The position numbers were made by a program, and so were the translations under genes. A DNA stretch of 64,000 nt from Candidatus Binatia bacterium (GTDB lineage Bacteria; Desulfobacterota; Binatia; Bin18), in contig OY761159.2 of assembly GCA_963664395.2 (NCBI GenBank), positions 3,648,001 through 3,712,000 on the forward strand, given 5' to 3'. The notes under the pieces are model-generated. The model saw only the letters and a list, made by a program, of their open reading frames with translations, was not told the origin of the DNA and ran no database searches. Positions 30,790 through 41,217 of this stretch are shown here, one piece after another (within the stretch, counting starts at the first letter, position 1; each line of letters opens with the position of its first letter).

Positions 30790-31419
30790 ATGAAAAACGG
30801 GAAACTCCGGGGGCATTTATTCTATTTTCTCGGTGCCGGCTGCGTGCTGACAGTCGGCCTCGGCTGGGCCGCTGACGGCGTTCCCGTGCCACCGCTTGAC
30901 GCTGGTCTTATTGTCCCGCTGCATCCCGTGTGTGTGCATTTTGCCCTTGCTCTGACTATCTTTGGCGTTCTTCTTGACTGCGGCGGGAGTGCTGGCCGGA
31001 ATCATGCCTGGCAACAAGCCGGACGACTGAGCTTTTTTGCCGGTGTTGGTGCGATGGGCGTGGCCGTCATCAGTGGCTGGATCGAACAACAGCTACCCCA
31101 GCCCAATAGTATTTTTGACCCTCAAGTCGAGGAGCTGCTCTGGTACCACGAATATGGGGGCTATATTCTGCTTGGATTTTTTATCATCCTGCTTGTGGCG
31201 CGGCTGTATATTCGCGGGCAGCTTCCACTCCTGTACATCATTCTGGCTGGGATCGGATTAATCGGCCTGACAATCCAGGGATATTGGGGCGGGGACATGG
31301 TCTATCGCTATGGGGCTGGCGTTCGGGCGGTGCAGGTGCTTAGTGAAACAGCGGTGGAATCGTCGGGCAAGCCGATTCAGCCGATTCAGCCGATTCAGCC
31401 GACGACCCACACAAAATAA
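30790..31419 (+). CDS. DUF2231-family membrane protein
   Basis: LHP..VHF, H...G, GG.MVY..G pattern; tail has (CCGATTCAG)x3. Confidence 0.8.
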   Translation: MKNGKLRGHLFYFLGAGCVLTVGLGWAADGVPVPPLDAGLIVPLHPVCVHFALALTIFGVLLDCGGSAGRNHAWQQAGRLSFFAGVGAMGVAVISGWIEQQLPQPNSIFDPQVEELLWYHEYGGYILLGFFIILLVARLYIRGQLPLLYIILAGIGLIGLTIQGYWGGDMVYRYGAGVRAVQVLSETAVESSGKPIQPIQPIQPTTHTK

Positions 31420-31450
31420 AAACCCCCAGGAGACCCTGCCCTGGGAGTTC
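31419..31450. terminator. Probable terminator between convergent genes
   Basis: AAAAC-CCCCAGG...CCTGGGAGTT hairpin. Confidence 0.45.
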
Positions 31451-31472
31451 TCCACATGCCTGTGAGAAAAGC

Positions 31473-31676
31473 CTATTCGGCTGTTTCTTCGGCCTTAAAG
31501 CCGGCTGCTGTGTGGGTGCCATCGCAGAACGGCTTGTTTGCCGACTGACCGCAGCGGCACAGATAAACGGCATCGTCCTCAAGCGTGTACGGGTTGCGCT
31601 TCTGGTCCGTGACCGTGACTGTACCTTTGACCTCGTACGGCCCGTTTTTGAGCACTCGAATTTTGACCTCTTCCAT
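31473..31676 (-). CDS. CDGSH iron-sulfur domain protein
   Basis: LCRCGQSANKPFCDGTH. Confidence 0.95.
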   Translation of the reverse strand: MEEVKIRVLKNGPYEVKGTVTVTDQKRNPYTLEDDAVYLCRCGQSANKPFCDGTHTAAGFKAEETAE

Positions 31677-31807
31677 AAAGTTCCTCCCTCCGAAATAAGG
31701 CTTTCTCTCTCACCTGAACGGAGCGAATTATCGCACACCTCCAGGGGCGTGGCAATGTGACAGACGTTTGCCGAGGATGGTTTTAGTGGAGCTACCCTTA
31801 TCGGGTT

Positions 31808-32953
31808 TCAGTCTGCCTCATCGGGCGATTCGTCTGGACTTGGTGGCGGAAGCGGTTCCCTGGGCAGAGTGAAGGGTGTCAGGTCCATTGAGGGTTGGCC
31901 GGTGGTGATCAGTTCGTAAATCAACTTGCCTGTAATGGGGGCCAGGACAATGCCGTTGCGATGGTGACCGGTAGCCAGAACAACATTGTCGAGGCCGGGG
32001 GCCCGGCACAGGATGGGACGACGCGTTGGTGAATAGGGCCGTAACCCGGCCCAAAACCGGCTGAGTGGGGCCTTGCTGATCCCTGGAACAAGCGCCTCTG
32101 AACGATCAATAAAGTCTTGAAGCGTCTCTCCGGTCACCTCTTTTGTATGCCCGACATACTCCACAGTCGAGCCAATAATGACTTCGCCGTTTTTGCGCGG
32201 GACCAGATAGTGTTCGTTGCACGAGATCACATGGCTGAGCCGGGTAGTGCGAACGGCCAGCATCTGACCTTTGGCCGGCTCGACCGGAATCGCGATACCA
32301 AACAGGTCTCCGACCTGACGCGACCAAGAGCCCGTGGCAATCACCACCGTCCCGGCCTCAACCCAGTCATCGCCGAGGCGGATAGATTGGACGTGTCCCT
32401 GTGTCAGGCGGACGTCGGTCGCCGTTGTGCCCGCTCTCAGTTGCGCACCGCATTTTTCAGCCGCCAGCGCCCAGGCCTCGGCCAGCTTGCCATTATGCAG
32501 ATGATGGTCGCTCGAAAAATGGACTGCCCCGCGTAGGTTTGGGGCCAAGGCCGGTTCGGCTTGCCGGAGTGCTTCCGCTGACAGCCAGGTGACGGGATGA
32601 CCTTGTTCTTGTCTCAGCTCATACAGTTTGCGGTATTTTTTTTCGTCCGCATCGTTGCGGATGAGACAGAGGACCCCGACTGTTTGATACTCAATGTCAA
32701 TGTCCGTTGCCTGCTGAATATCTTGGATCAGCGCGGGATAGAGCTCTTGGCTGGCCTTTTTGAGCTGGTACATCGGGCCGCGTTTCGAGCGCCCACTGGC
32801 AACGGCCAAAATCCCAGCCGCGGCGGCTGACGCTTCCTGGCCCGGCTGTTGTTTATCGACCAGGATGGTCTTGTATTTGTGTTGGGCGAAGATGTGGGCA
32901 ATGGAACTGCCGATCACTCCAGCGCCAAGAACGACGACGTCTGCTGTTGTCAT
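31808..32953 (-). CDS. thiO: Glycine oxidase
   Basis: GAGVIG, ASAAAAGIL, PAKGQ, YLVPR, WAGLRP, GHHRNGI. Confidence 0.85.
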   Translation of the reverse strand: MTTADVVVLGAGVIGSSIAHIFAQHKYKTILVDKQQPGQEASAAAAGILAVASGRSKRGPMYQLKKASQELYPALIQDIQQATDIDIEYQTVGVLCLIRNDADEKKYRKLYELRQEQGHPVTWLSAEALRQAEPALAPNLRGAVHFSSDHHLHNGKLAEAWALAAEKCGAQLRAGTTATDVRLTQGHVQSIRLGDDWVEAGTVVIATGSWSRQVGDLFGIAIPVEPAKGQMLAVRTTRLSHVISCNEHYLVPRKNGEVIIGSTVEYVGHTKEVTGETLQDFIDRSEALVPGISKAPLSRFWAGLRPYSPTRRPILCRAPGLDNVVLATGHHRNGIVLAPITGKLIYELITTGQPSMDLTPFTLPREPLPPPSPDESPDEAD

Positions 32954-33019
32954 GGCCCGCTATTGTAATGATCAAAAGCGGAAAAGAAAGAGCAAGCGGA
33001 GGGCGGGCGCATCTTGCTC

Positions 33020-33871
33020 TTAGTCGTGCCGAAAGGCCGGGGCGCGTCCGTTCAGCAGACTGCCCAGCTCCGTGGCCGGAAAACGCAGCCCAAGATAGAA
33101 CGTACCAAAAAGCCCATACACGGCACTGGCCTCGTCAAAGCGCATCTCATAGACGAGTTTTTTGAACACCAGTGGATCATCGGCAAAAAGGTCAACGCCC
33201 CATTCCCAGTCGTCGAAGCCAATCGAGCCCGAAATAATCTGCGTGACTTGGCCGGCATAGCGACGGCCTATCATGCCGTGCGCGCGCATCATCTGCTGCC
33301 GGGCGGTGATGGGAAGCTGATACCAGTTTTTATCTTCGCCGCGCTTTTTGTCCATCGGGTAAAAGCTGAGATAGCGGCGGGCCGGAATGGACGGCCAGAC
33401 CCGCTTGGCCATCGCTTCACGTTTTTGAGCCAGCTCTTTCTCCACGGCTTCGCGCCATGCGGCCGTGTCCGGCTGGAGGCCCTGTTCAGCCAAACTGCGG
33501 TACAGGTGGATCGAGGCTTCATACAGCCCGAGCTCGACCACGGAGACATACGACGTCGTGGGCTCAAGAAAATCGCTCAGCTTGAGCCGGGCGATTTGCA
33601 GCTCTGCATCATTCACGGCATCAAATGTAGGCCGAAAGTGGACAAGCATGAGATCGCCTTTATGACCTACGAGCGAAAAGAGCCCGGTTTGTTCGGAACC
33701 GTCCGGTTCCATTGGCGTGAAGGTTTGCACTGCGTCTTCCAGAATGTCGCTTTGGGCACTGGCGGATACGGCCTTCCAGTCCGCCCAGCGCACGCGAAAC
33801 ATCTGGTGGAGTATGGCCGAGCCCTCAAGGGCGAGCGGTACAGGCGGGATGGCTGTGGGATGCTCTTCCAT
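33020..33871 (-). CDS. hemQ: Coproheme decarboxylase (chlorite dismutase family)
   Basis: FYPMDKKR, NWY, HGMIGRRY, GFDDWEWGV. Confidence 0.9.
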   Translation of the reverse strand: MEEHPTAIPPVPLALEGSAILHQMFRVRWADWKAVSASAQSDILEDAVQTFTPMEPDGSEQTGLFSLVGHKGDLMLVHFRPTFDAVNDAELQIARLKLSDFLEPTTSYVSVVELGLYEASIHLYRSLAEQGLQPDTAAWREAVEKELAQKREAMAKRVWPSIPARRYLSFYPMDKKRGEDKNWYQLPITARQQMMRAHGMIGRRYAGQVTQIISGSIGFDDWEWGVDLFADDPLVFKKLVYEMRFDEASAVYGLFGTFYLGLRFPATELGSLLNGRAPAFRHD

Positions 33872-33894
33872 TTTTCTATAACTCCCTGAGAAAA

Positions 33895-34785
33895 TTACCG
33901 CCGGATAAACGGTGCTGCGGCCTGGGTTGTTGTGTTGGCGATAAAAGGGCCGCGCCGAATCGAGTGACCCAGAGGTCTGCGGCTGATGGACGGCCCGGAC
34001 GGACGAATCGAGTGGCCGGGAGTCCGGCGGCTGATAGACGGTTTGGACGGACGAATCGAGGGATTGCGGCGTTGAATCGTGTGCGGCGGGCGGTAAACCT
34101 CTCGCTCTCTGCGCCCCTGACGGGGGAAGCGACGGAGCCGCTGGTACGGACGATAAGGCCGCAGGGCGTGCACAACCACCGGAGTTTCAACGTAATAGGG
34201 TTCGTGGATGATTTCGATAATGTGGGGTGGTTGTTCGACAATGATAACGGCCGGCTCTTCTTGGACTACGGGTTCCGGTGGGGGCGGAATAAAGTCAAGC
34301 GCCGCCTGGCGGATAATCGCTTCGGCCCCATCGGCAGACAGCGCAAGACGCTGGGTTGTCGCGGCCCGCCGGACCGCCGCCGCCAGTTGGTCTACGCTGT
34401 CCGGGTCAAGGGCGCGGCGTACTTTCCAGCCTCCTGCGGGTTGGATGCCGACTCCGCTCAGAGGACCCAAGGCGTCCAGGCTCCCGTCTGTGATCAGGCC
34501 AAAATCCAGGCCGATTTTTTGGGCAAAGGCTCCCTGGCTGCGCGCGGAATACGTGCCGCTCGGGGCAATGAATGCTGGTGATGATTCAGCGTGTGAAGAG
34601 AAAGAGCGATAGATTTTTACCCGGCCCTGGTAGATTTCAGGAATATCGACACTTTCATCCACAATGTGAATAACACCTCGGGCGTCGGTCCAACGATAGA
34701 GGTCGGCCCGTGCCGGGCACCCAAGACTTATAAGATATACGAAACCGGCGAAACAGGTCGGCCAAAGAAATGTCCGCGACCACAT
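33895..34785 (-). CDS. Secreted DUF4124-domain protein with low-complexity tail
   Basis: Signal peptide, [14 protein letters not shown] motif. Confidence 0.7.
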   Translation of the reverse strand: MWSRTFLWPTCFAGFVYLISLGCPARADLYRWTDARGVIHIVDESVDIPEIYQGRVKIYRSFSSHAESSPAFIAPSGTYSARSQGAFAQKIGLDFGLITDGSLDALGPLSGVGIQPAGGWKVRRALDPDSVDQLAAAVRRAATTQRLALSADGAEAIIRQAALDFIPPPPEPVVQEEPAVIIVEQPPHIIEIIHEPYYVETPVVVHALRPYRPYQRLRRFPRQGRREREVYRPPHTIQRRNPSIRPSKPSISRRTPGHSIRPSGPSISRRPLGHSIRRGPFIANTTTQAAAPFIRR

Positions 34786-34906
34786 GGCCTGCCATTATAG
34801 TCCAGCGAAACGAGAAACCAAGACGCTATTGACCAAGGACGGACGGCGTTGCAGATTGAGGTGGCCGGAGCGGGATTGCGTCGCGCAGGCCGCGTGTGGA
34901 CCGCAT

Positions 34907-35788
34907 ATGGACGAACTCATTCAAAAAGCTGATATTCTGCTGGAAGCCTTGCCGTTTATTCGTCGTTTTTCCGGGAAGACCATCGTCATCAAATATGGCG
35001 GGCACGCCATGCAGGACGAGGACCTCAAGCAACACTTTGCCGAGGATATAGTCCTCCTCAAATACGTGGGTATGAAGCCCGTCGTCGTGCATGGCGGTGG
35101 CCCACAGATTGGGCAGCTGCTCAAGCGGTTGGATATTCCCTCTCACTTCGTACGCGGCATGCGCGTCACCGATGCCCCGACCATGGAAGTGGTTGAGATG
35201 GTGCTCAACCGGGTCAATAAAGAGATTGTGGCCCGCATTAATCAGCAAGGGAATCCCGCGGTCGGGATTACGGGCAAAGATGGCGAGCTCGTCGTCGCGC
35301 GTAAAATGCTGGTAGCCGCGGAAGAAAATGGGCGGACTGTTCGGCATGATATTGGTTATGTCGGAGAGATTATAGGGGTGAACCCGCGTGTGATTCATGC
35401 CTTGACCGCACAGGACTTTATTCCGGTGATCGCCCCGATCGGCATTGGCTTGGCCGGTGAGACGTATAATATCAACGCTGATCTGGTTGCCGGAAAAATA
35501 GCCGAAGCCCTCCAGGCCGAAAAGCTTATTTTACTGACCGATGTCGCCGGGATTAAGGATAAGGACGACAACCTCCTGCCGACGCTTACCGCGGTTGAGG
35601 CTGGGGTGCTCATCGAAGATGGCATCATTAATTCCGGGATGATCCCCAAGGTCGAGTGCTGTATTGCCGCCCTGCACGGTGGCGCGCAAAAGGCGCATAT
35701 TCTTGATGGCCGTATTCGCCACGCCATCCTCTTAGAGATTCTGACCAAAGAAGGCATCGGGACTGAGGTGGTCCGGCGCGCGGCCTAG
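34907..35788 (+). CDS. argB: Acetylglutamate kinase
   Basis: KYGG, VHGGG, NINAD, GMIPK. Confidence 0.97.
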   Translation: MDELIQKADILLEALPFIRRFSGKTIVIKYGGHAMQDEDLKQHFAEDIVLLKYVGMKPVVVHGGGPQIGQLLKRLDIPSHFVRGMRVTDAPTMEVVEMVLNRVNKEIVARINQQGNPAVGITGKDGELVVARKMLVAAEENGRTVRHDIGYVGEIIGVNPRVIHALTAQDFIPVIAPIGIGLAGETYNINADLVAGKIAEALQAEKLILLTDVAGIKDKDDNLLPTLTAVEAGVLIEDGIINSGMIPKVECCIAALHGGAQKAHILDGRIRHAILLEILTKEGIGTEVVRRAA

Positions 35789-35882
35789 CTGTGTATGACA
35801 CAGACACCAGTCTGTGCCTCTCTTTTGGACCCGTTGCTCAAGTCAAGCTCTTGGCAAAAATAGGGCGCGGGTGTATACGGGT

Positions 35883-35930
35883 GGACTTCCGAGCTTGCGA
35901 ACTTGTGAACTTCCGAACTTCCGAACTTGC
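35883..35930 (+). repeat. Degenerate 8-bp tandem repeat (GAACTTSC-like) x6
   Basis: ggacttcc gagcttgc gaacttgt gaacttcc gaacttcc gaacttgc. Confidence 0.85.
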
Positions 35931-35993
35931 GCCAAGCGCGCGGCGACTGTGCAAGCGTGGTTTTTCTGACAAAGGAGCCAGGGGGAAAAGACT

Positions 35994-37196
35994 ATGTCCA
36001 ACACATCTATGACCAGCCAGGAAATCATCGACCTGAATAATCAATATCTGTGCTCTACCTATGCACGCTTTCCGGTTGCCTTTGTCCGGGGTGAAGGCTG
36101 CCGGCTGTGGGATGCGGAAGGGAAGTCCTATTTGGATTTCTTTGCCAGCCTGGCGGTGATGAACTTGGGGCAGTGTCATCCTGCGGTAGTCAAAGCCGTG
36201 CAAGAGCAGGTTGCCACGCTCACCCATATTTCCAATCTGCACTATATTATTCCTCAGGCGCGTTTGGCGGAACTGCTGTGTACCCATTCGTTTGCGGATA
36301 AGGTGTTCTTTTGCAACAGCGGGGCTGAAGCGAATGAAGCCTCGATTAAACTGGCTCGCAAACATGGGGTGGATAAGCGTGGGGGGCGCTACGAGATTCT
36401 CTCCACGCTCGGTTCGTTTCACGGGCGGACTATGGCGACGATTGCCGCCACAGGTCAAGAAAAAGTGCGCCAGGGGTTTGGGCCGGTGCTGGACGGTTTT
36501 CGCTATGTTCCGTTTGGCGACCTCGCGGCAATGGAAGCCGCCATATCAGATAAAACCGTAGCGATTCTGGTCGAACCGATTCAAGGCGAAGGTGGTGTGG
36601 TCGTGCCTCCGGACGGTTACCTCAAAGGACTGCGTGCATTGTGTGACCGCAATAGGCTGCTGCTCATTTTGGACGAAGTGCAAGTCGGCATGGGCCGAAC
36701 CGGGAAACTCTTCGCCTATGAACACGAGGGGGTGACGCCGGATATTATGCCGCTCGCCAAAGCGCTGGGCGGGGGGGTGCCTATTGGTGCCATGCTGGCG
36801 AAAGCCGAAGTGGCGGAAAGCCTCAGCCTTGGCTCACACGGCTCAACGTTTGGTGGCAATGCGATTGCCTGCGCGTCCGGTATTGCGGTGGTTGAAACCC
36901 TGCTCTACGACGGCGTGCTCGACAATTGTGCTGAGATGGGGGCCTATTTCCTGAGTAAACTCCACGCGCTGAAAGAAAAGTTTTCCTTTATTACTGAGGT
37001 GCGCGGAAGAGGGCTGATTCTGGGGGCTGAACTGGACCGTGAAGGCGGAAAAATTTCGGATGCCTGTCTGACCGAAGGGGTGATGATCAATTGTGCGGCG
37101 GGGAAAGTCCTGCGTTTTCTCCCGCCGCTGATTATCACCAAAGATGAGATCGACGAGGGCCTGGATATCCTGGAAAAAGTATTGGCCCAACAATGA
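35994..37196 (+). CDS. argD: Acetylornithine aminotransferase
   Basis: NSGAEANE, FHGRT, DEVQ, LAKALGGG. Confidence 0.95.
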   Translation: MSNTSMTSQEIIDLNNQYLCSTYARFPVAFVRGEGCRLWDAEGKSYLDFFASLAVMNLGQCHPAVVKAVQEQVATLTHISNLHYIIPQARLAELLCTHSFADKVFFCNSGAEANEASIKLARKHGVDKRGGRYEILSTLGSFHGRTMATIAATGQEKVRQGFGPVLDGFRYVPFGDLAAMEAAISDKTVAILVEPIQGEGGVVVPPDGYLKGLRALCDRNRLLLILDEVQVGMGRTGKLFAYEHEGVTPDIMPLAKALGGGVPIGAMLAKAEVAESLSLGSHGSTFGGNAIACASGIAVVETLLYDGVLDNCAEMGAYFLSKLHALKEKFSFITEVRGRGLILGAELDREGGKISDACLTEGVMINCAAGKVLRFLPPLIITKDEIDEGLDILEKVLAQQ

Positions 37197-38110
37197 AACG
37201 CGATCTGATTAGTATTGGCGATTTGATCCGGGACGAGCTCGAAGAGATTTTTTCTCTGGCTCAGCGGCTCAAAGCCGACCGCCACAAAGGCTGGTCGCAT
37301 CCGATCTTGGCCGGCAAAACGCTGGCGATGATTTTTGAGAAACCCAGCTTGCGCACCCGGGTGACGTTCGAGGCCGGGATGGTCCAACTGGGCGGGTATG
37401 CGATTTATCTCTCACCTCAGGATATCGGTCTTGGGACGCGGGAAACGGTCCCCGATGTCGCGCGTAATCTCTCTCGTTGGGTTGACATCATCATGGCCCG
37501 GACCTTCTCACACCAGGTGATAACTGAACTCGCCCAGGCCGCAACGATTCCGGTCATTAACGGTTTGTCCGATTTGCTCCACCCGTGCCAAGTCCTGGCC
37601 GATTGTTTGACGTTGATTGAGCATCGGGGCGCTCTTGAGGGCCTGAAAGTTGCCTTTGTCGGTGACGGCAATAACATGGTTCATTCCTGGTTGAATGCCG
37701 CCGTGAAACTGCCGTTTCGTTTTGTGTTGGCCTGCCCGCCCGGCTATGAACCGGACCGCACTGTCCTGGAGCAGGTGGGTCAGAGTGGCGCTCAGGTTTC
37801 TGTCACGCAGAGCGTGGCTGAGGCGGTGCGGGAGGCGGACGCTGTCTATACCGATGTATGGACGAGCATGGGCCAAGAGGAGGAACGGGCGGTTCGCCGC
37901 GAGGCGTTCAATGCCTATCAGGTCAATGCCGAGGTGATGCGGCTGGCAAAATCGGACGCGCTGGTCATGCACTGTTTACCCGCTCATCGTGGAGAGGAGA
38001 TCTCGGCGGACGTTTTGGACGGACCCCGGTCCGTCGTTTTTGATCAATCCGAGAACCGACTCCATATCCAAAAGGCCATCATGGTATGGCTGCTCCAATC
38101 GGGCAAGTAG
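37193..38110 (+). CDS. argF: Ornithine carbamoyltransferase
   Basis: SLRT, HPCQ, WTSMG, HCLP. Confidence 0.97.
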   Translation: MKRDLISIGDLIRDELEEIFSLAQRLKADRHKGWSHPILAGKTLAMIFEKPSLRTRVTFEAGMVQLGGYAIYLSPQDIGLGTRETVPDVARNLSRWVDIIMARTFSHQVITELAQAATIPVINGLSDLLHPCQVLADCLTLIEHRGALEGLKVAFVGDGNNMVHSWLNAAVKLPFRFVLACPPGYEPDRTVLEQVGQSGAQVSVTQSVAEAVREADAVYTDVWTSMGQEEERAVRREAFNAYQVNAEVMRLAKSDALVMHCLPAHRGEEISADVLDGPRSVVFDQSENRLHIQKAIMVWLLQSGK

Positions 38111-38162
38111 GACGTATGCCGGGAGTCCGTGCTGAGCCGTCTGGAGTGAAAGGAACTCTCTT

Positions 38163-39362
38163 GTGGCGGATGTGAAAAAAGTTGTTCTCGCCTATAGCGG
38201 CGGACTCGATACCTCAGTCATTTTGCGTTGGCTGATTGATACCTATGGCTGCGAGGTAGTTGCCTTTTGTGCAGACCTTGGCCAAGGTGAAGAGCTCGAG
38301 CCCGTCGAAGGGAAGGCCAAGGCAGTTGGGGCCAGCACGATTTATATCGAAGACCTGCGCGAGGAGTTCGTGCGCGAGTATGTCTTTCCCATGCTGCGCG
38401 CCAATACTTCTTACGAAGACGGCTACCTGCTGGGGACGTCCATCGCCCGACCGCTGATTGCGAAACGTCAAATTGAAATCGCCCGCCGAGAAGGCGCAGA
38501 TGCGGTTTCGCATGGCGCGACTGGAAAGGGCAATGATCAAGTCCGTTTTGAGCTGACCTATTATGCCCTGGAGCCCCGTATCACAGTCATCGCACCGTGG
38601 CGGGAGTGGGATATGCAGGGCCGCGCTGATCTCATTGCGTATGCCGAAGCGCGCAAGATCCCTATTCCGGTCAGCCGAGAGAAGCCGTACAGCACGGACC
38701 GCAACTTGCTGCATCTGAGTTTTGAAGGCGGCGTCCTGGAAGATCCGTGGCAGGAACCGTATGAAGACATGTTCGTGCTGTCGGTGTCACCCGAGAACGC
38801 TCCCGACCTGCCGGAATACGTGGAAATCGATTTTTTTGCCGGCAATCCAACCGCGATTAATGGCGCAGCACTTTCGCCCGCCGGCCTGCTGGCCAAAGCC
38901 AACGAGCTTGGTGGGAAACACGGTATAGGTCGGTGCGACCTGGTTGAGAATCGCTACGTGGGCATGAAGGCGCGTGGGGTGTATGAAACGCCGGGCGGAA
39001 CGATTTTGCACGTGGCGCACCGAGCGCTGGAGACGCTGACCCTGGACCGCGAAGTCATGCATCTGCGTGACTCGCTGATCCCGCGTTACGCTGAGATGAT
39101 CTATTATGGCTATTGGTTTGCGCCCGAACGCGAGATGTTGCAAGCTGCCCTTGACGAGTCGCAGAAAAATGTCGCCGGAACAGTCCGGCTCAAGCTGTAT
39201 AAAGGCAATGTGATTGTTGTTGGTCGCAAATCCGATCGAACCTTATACAATCCCGAGGTCGCTTCCTTTGATGAAAGCGGCGATTATCAACAGGCCGATG
39301 CGGAAGGATTTATTCGCCTCAATTCGTTGCGTTTACGTATTCGTGCGCTGGCACAAAAGTAG
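38163..39362 (+). CDS. argG: Argininosuccinate synthase
   Basis: [25 protein letters not shown]. Confidence 0.98.
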   Translation: MADVKKVVLAYSGGLDTSVILRWLIDTYGCEVVAFCADLGQGEELEPVEGKAKAVGASTIYIEDLREEFVREYVFPMLRANTSYEDGYLLGTSIARPLIAKRQIEIARREGADAVSHGATGKGNDQVRFELTYYALEPRITVIAPWREWDMQGRADLIAYAEARKIPIPVSREKPYSTDRNLLHLSFEGGVLEDPWQEPYEDMFVLSVSPENAPDLPEYVEIDFFAGNPTAINGAALSPAGLLAKANELGGKHGIGRCDLVENRYVGMKARGVYETPGGTILHVAHRALETLTLDREVMHLRDSLIPRYAEMIYYGYWFAPEREMLQAALDESQKNVAGTVRLKLYKGNVIVVGRKSDRTLYNPEVASFDESGDYQQADAEGFIRLNSLRLRIRALAQK

Positions 39363-39373
39363 GGGCGCAGCCT

Positions 39374-40750
39374 TTGAAATCAAAAAGTACAAAAGCCTGG
39401 GCCGGACGATTTGCTGCTGCGGCCGACCCGCGCATGGAAGCCTTCACGTCCTCGCTGGCCTTTGATCGACGCTTGGCTCAGTACGATATCCAAGGCAGTG
39501 TGGCCCACTGCCGGATGTTGGCCAAACAGAAGATACTGAGTCGAGCCGAGGGAGAGAAAATCCTGAAGGGGCTCAAAAACATCGCGCGTGAGCTTGCACA
39601 GGACCGCTTTCCTTTTCTGCCGACGGACGAAGATATTCATATGGCCATCGAGCGGCGGCTCACGGAAAAAATCGGCGCGTTGGGTGGTAAACTGCATACG
39701 GCCCGGAGCCGCAATGACCAGGTTCTGTTGGATGTGCGCCTCTTTGTGCGAGACGAGATTGGGACGATCCACACACTGCTCACCCGCTTGCAGAAACGGC
39801 TTGCCAGAGTGGCCAAGCGCCACCGGGCCATTGTCCTGCCTGGCTATACCCATCTCCAGCGTGCCCAGCCGGTGCTGCTCGCCCACCATCTGCTCGCCTA
39901 CTACGAGATGTTCAGCCGCGATGCCGAGCGCTTACAGCAGTGCGGCGAGCGCGTGAATGTGCTGCCACTTGGGGCGGGAGCGCTGGCTGGCACCACGCTG
40001 CCGATTGATCGCGCCTATGTTGCGCGTTTGCTTGGTTTTGCCCGGGTGAGTGAAAACAGCCTGGATACGGTGGCCGACCGGGACTTTGTGGTTGAGTTTC
40101 TGTCCAGTGGGGCGATACTGGGGATGCATCTCAGCCGTTTGTCTGAAGAACTCGTCCTGTGGTCAAGTAGTGAATTTGGCTTTATTGATTTGCCGGATGC
40201 CTTTTCGACCGGCAGCTCCATGATGCCTCAAAAGAAGAATCCTGATGTGCCGGAAATCATTCGAGGCAAGACCGGGCGACTCTATGGCAACCTGTTCGCC
40301 CTGCTCACCGTGCTCAAGGGGTTGCCGCTGAGCTATAATCGTGACCTGCAAGAAGACAAAGAGCCGCTGTTTGATACGGTAGACACGCTCAAAGGCATTC
40401 TCACGGTCCTTGAGCCCATGCTTGGGCAGTTGCGCTTCCGCACCGAGCGACTGACGGAGGCTGCTCTGGGCGGGTTCATGCTCGCCACCGACGTGGCGGA
40501 CTATTTAGTTGAGAAGAATATGCCGTTTCGTCGGGCGCATGGCGTCGTCGGCGCAGTGGTGCAGTGGTGCGTGGCCGAGGGAAAAGAACTGCATCAGCTT
40601 ACTCTTCAGGAATGGCAACAGTTTTCTCCCTTGTTCGAGGCCGACCTGCTGCCGCGCCTAACCCTGGAATCCGCGGTTGGCCGGCGTCAGTCCTATGGCG
40701 GGACGGCACCCAAGAATGTTGAGCGTCAGCTTCGCTCAGCAGGAGTATGA
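39374..40750 (+). CDS. argH: Argininosuccinate lyase
   Basis: RSRNDQ, GSSMMPQKKNPD, YNRDLQEDK. Confidence 0.98.
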   Translation: MKSKSTKAWAGRFAAAADPRMEAFTSSLAFDRRLAQYDIQGSVAHCRMLAKQKILSRAEGEKILKGLKNIARELAQDRFPFLPTDEDIHMAIERRLTEKIGALGGKLHTARSRNDQVLLDVRLFVRDEIGTIHTLLTRLQKRLARVAKRHRAIVLPGYTHLQRAQPVLLAHHLLAYYEMFSRDAERLQQCGERVNVLPLGAGALAGTTLPIDRAYVARLLGFARVSENSLDTVADRDFVVEFLSSGAILGMHLSRLSEELVLWSSSEFGFIDLPDAFSTGSSMMPQKKNPDVPEIIRGKTGRLYGNLFALLTVLKGLPLSYNRDLQEDKEPLFDTVDTLKGILTVLEPMLGQLRFRTERLTEAALGGFMLATDVADYLVEKNMPFRRAHGVVGAVVQWCVAEGKELHQLTLQEWQQFSPLFEADLLPRLTLESAVGRRQSYGGTAPKNVERQLRSAGV

Positions 40751-41196
40751 ACGTGCTGAGCGAGCGCTCTCTCTCCTGCCTGCTTGGAGCGGGTGTAGTC
40801 CTCCTGCTTCTATCCGCCTGCGGGCATAAAACAGATATTCGTCCCCCTGCACTTGTTGCCCCCGAGGCTATTGGTGATTTGGCCCTGACCCTGGAAGACC
40901 AGGGTGTCACGCTGAAATGGAGTCGTCCCCAACGGTACGCCGGTGGTGGCGAGATGGACGACTTGGGCGGATTTGTGGTACTACGGGCACAGCGAAATGG
41001 GGCACAGGTGCAACCTTTTACTCGGCGTGCGCTGATTCCGGTAGAAGACCGTGATCGCTTTCGACAAGAGAAAAAATTCAGCTATACGGACGAGCTGCTT
41101 ACGGCTGGAACCCTGTATCGCTATCGCGTCCTGGCCGTCACCTTGGACGGCTATTTAGGGAGTGTTTCAAATACGGTTGAGCTGGTGTGGCAATAG
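40747..41196 (+). CDS. Lipoprotein with fibronectin type III-like domain
   Basis: Lipobox LSAC, W..P, Y.Y.V.A FN3 pattern. Confidence 0.8.
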   Translation: MNVLSERSLSCLLGAGVVLLLLSACGHKTDIRPPALVAPEAIGDLALTLEDQGVTLKWSRPQRYAGGGEMDDLGGFVVLRAQRNGAQVQPFTRRALIPVEDRDRFRQEKKFSYTDELLTAGTLYRYRVLAVTLDGYLGSVSNTVELVWQ

Positions 41197-41217
41197 AAGA
41201 CCGGTCAGGCGTTACGT

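Noticed and set aside
35883-35930. Short repeat arrays (also 19406, 31372, 46791) as CRISPR
   Set aside because: Units are 8-16 bp, contiguous, without unique spacers; no cas genes
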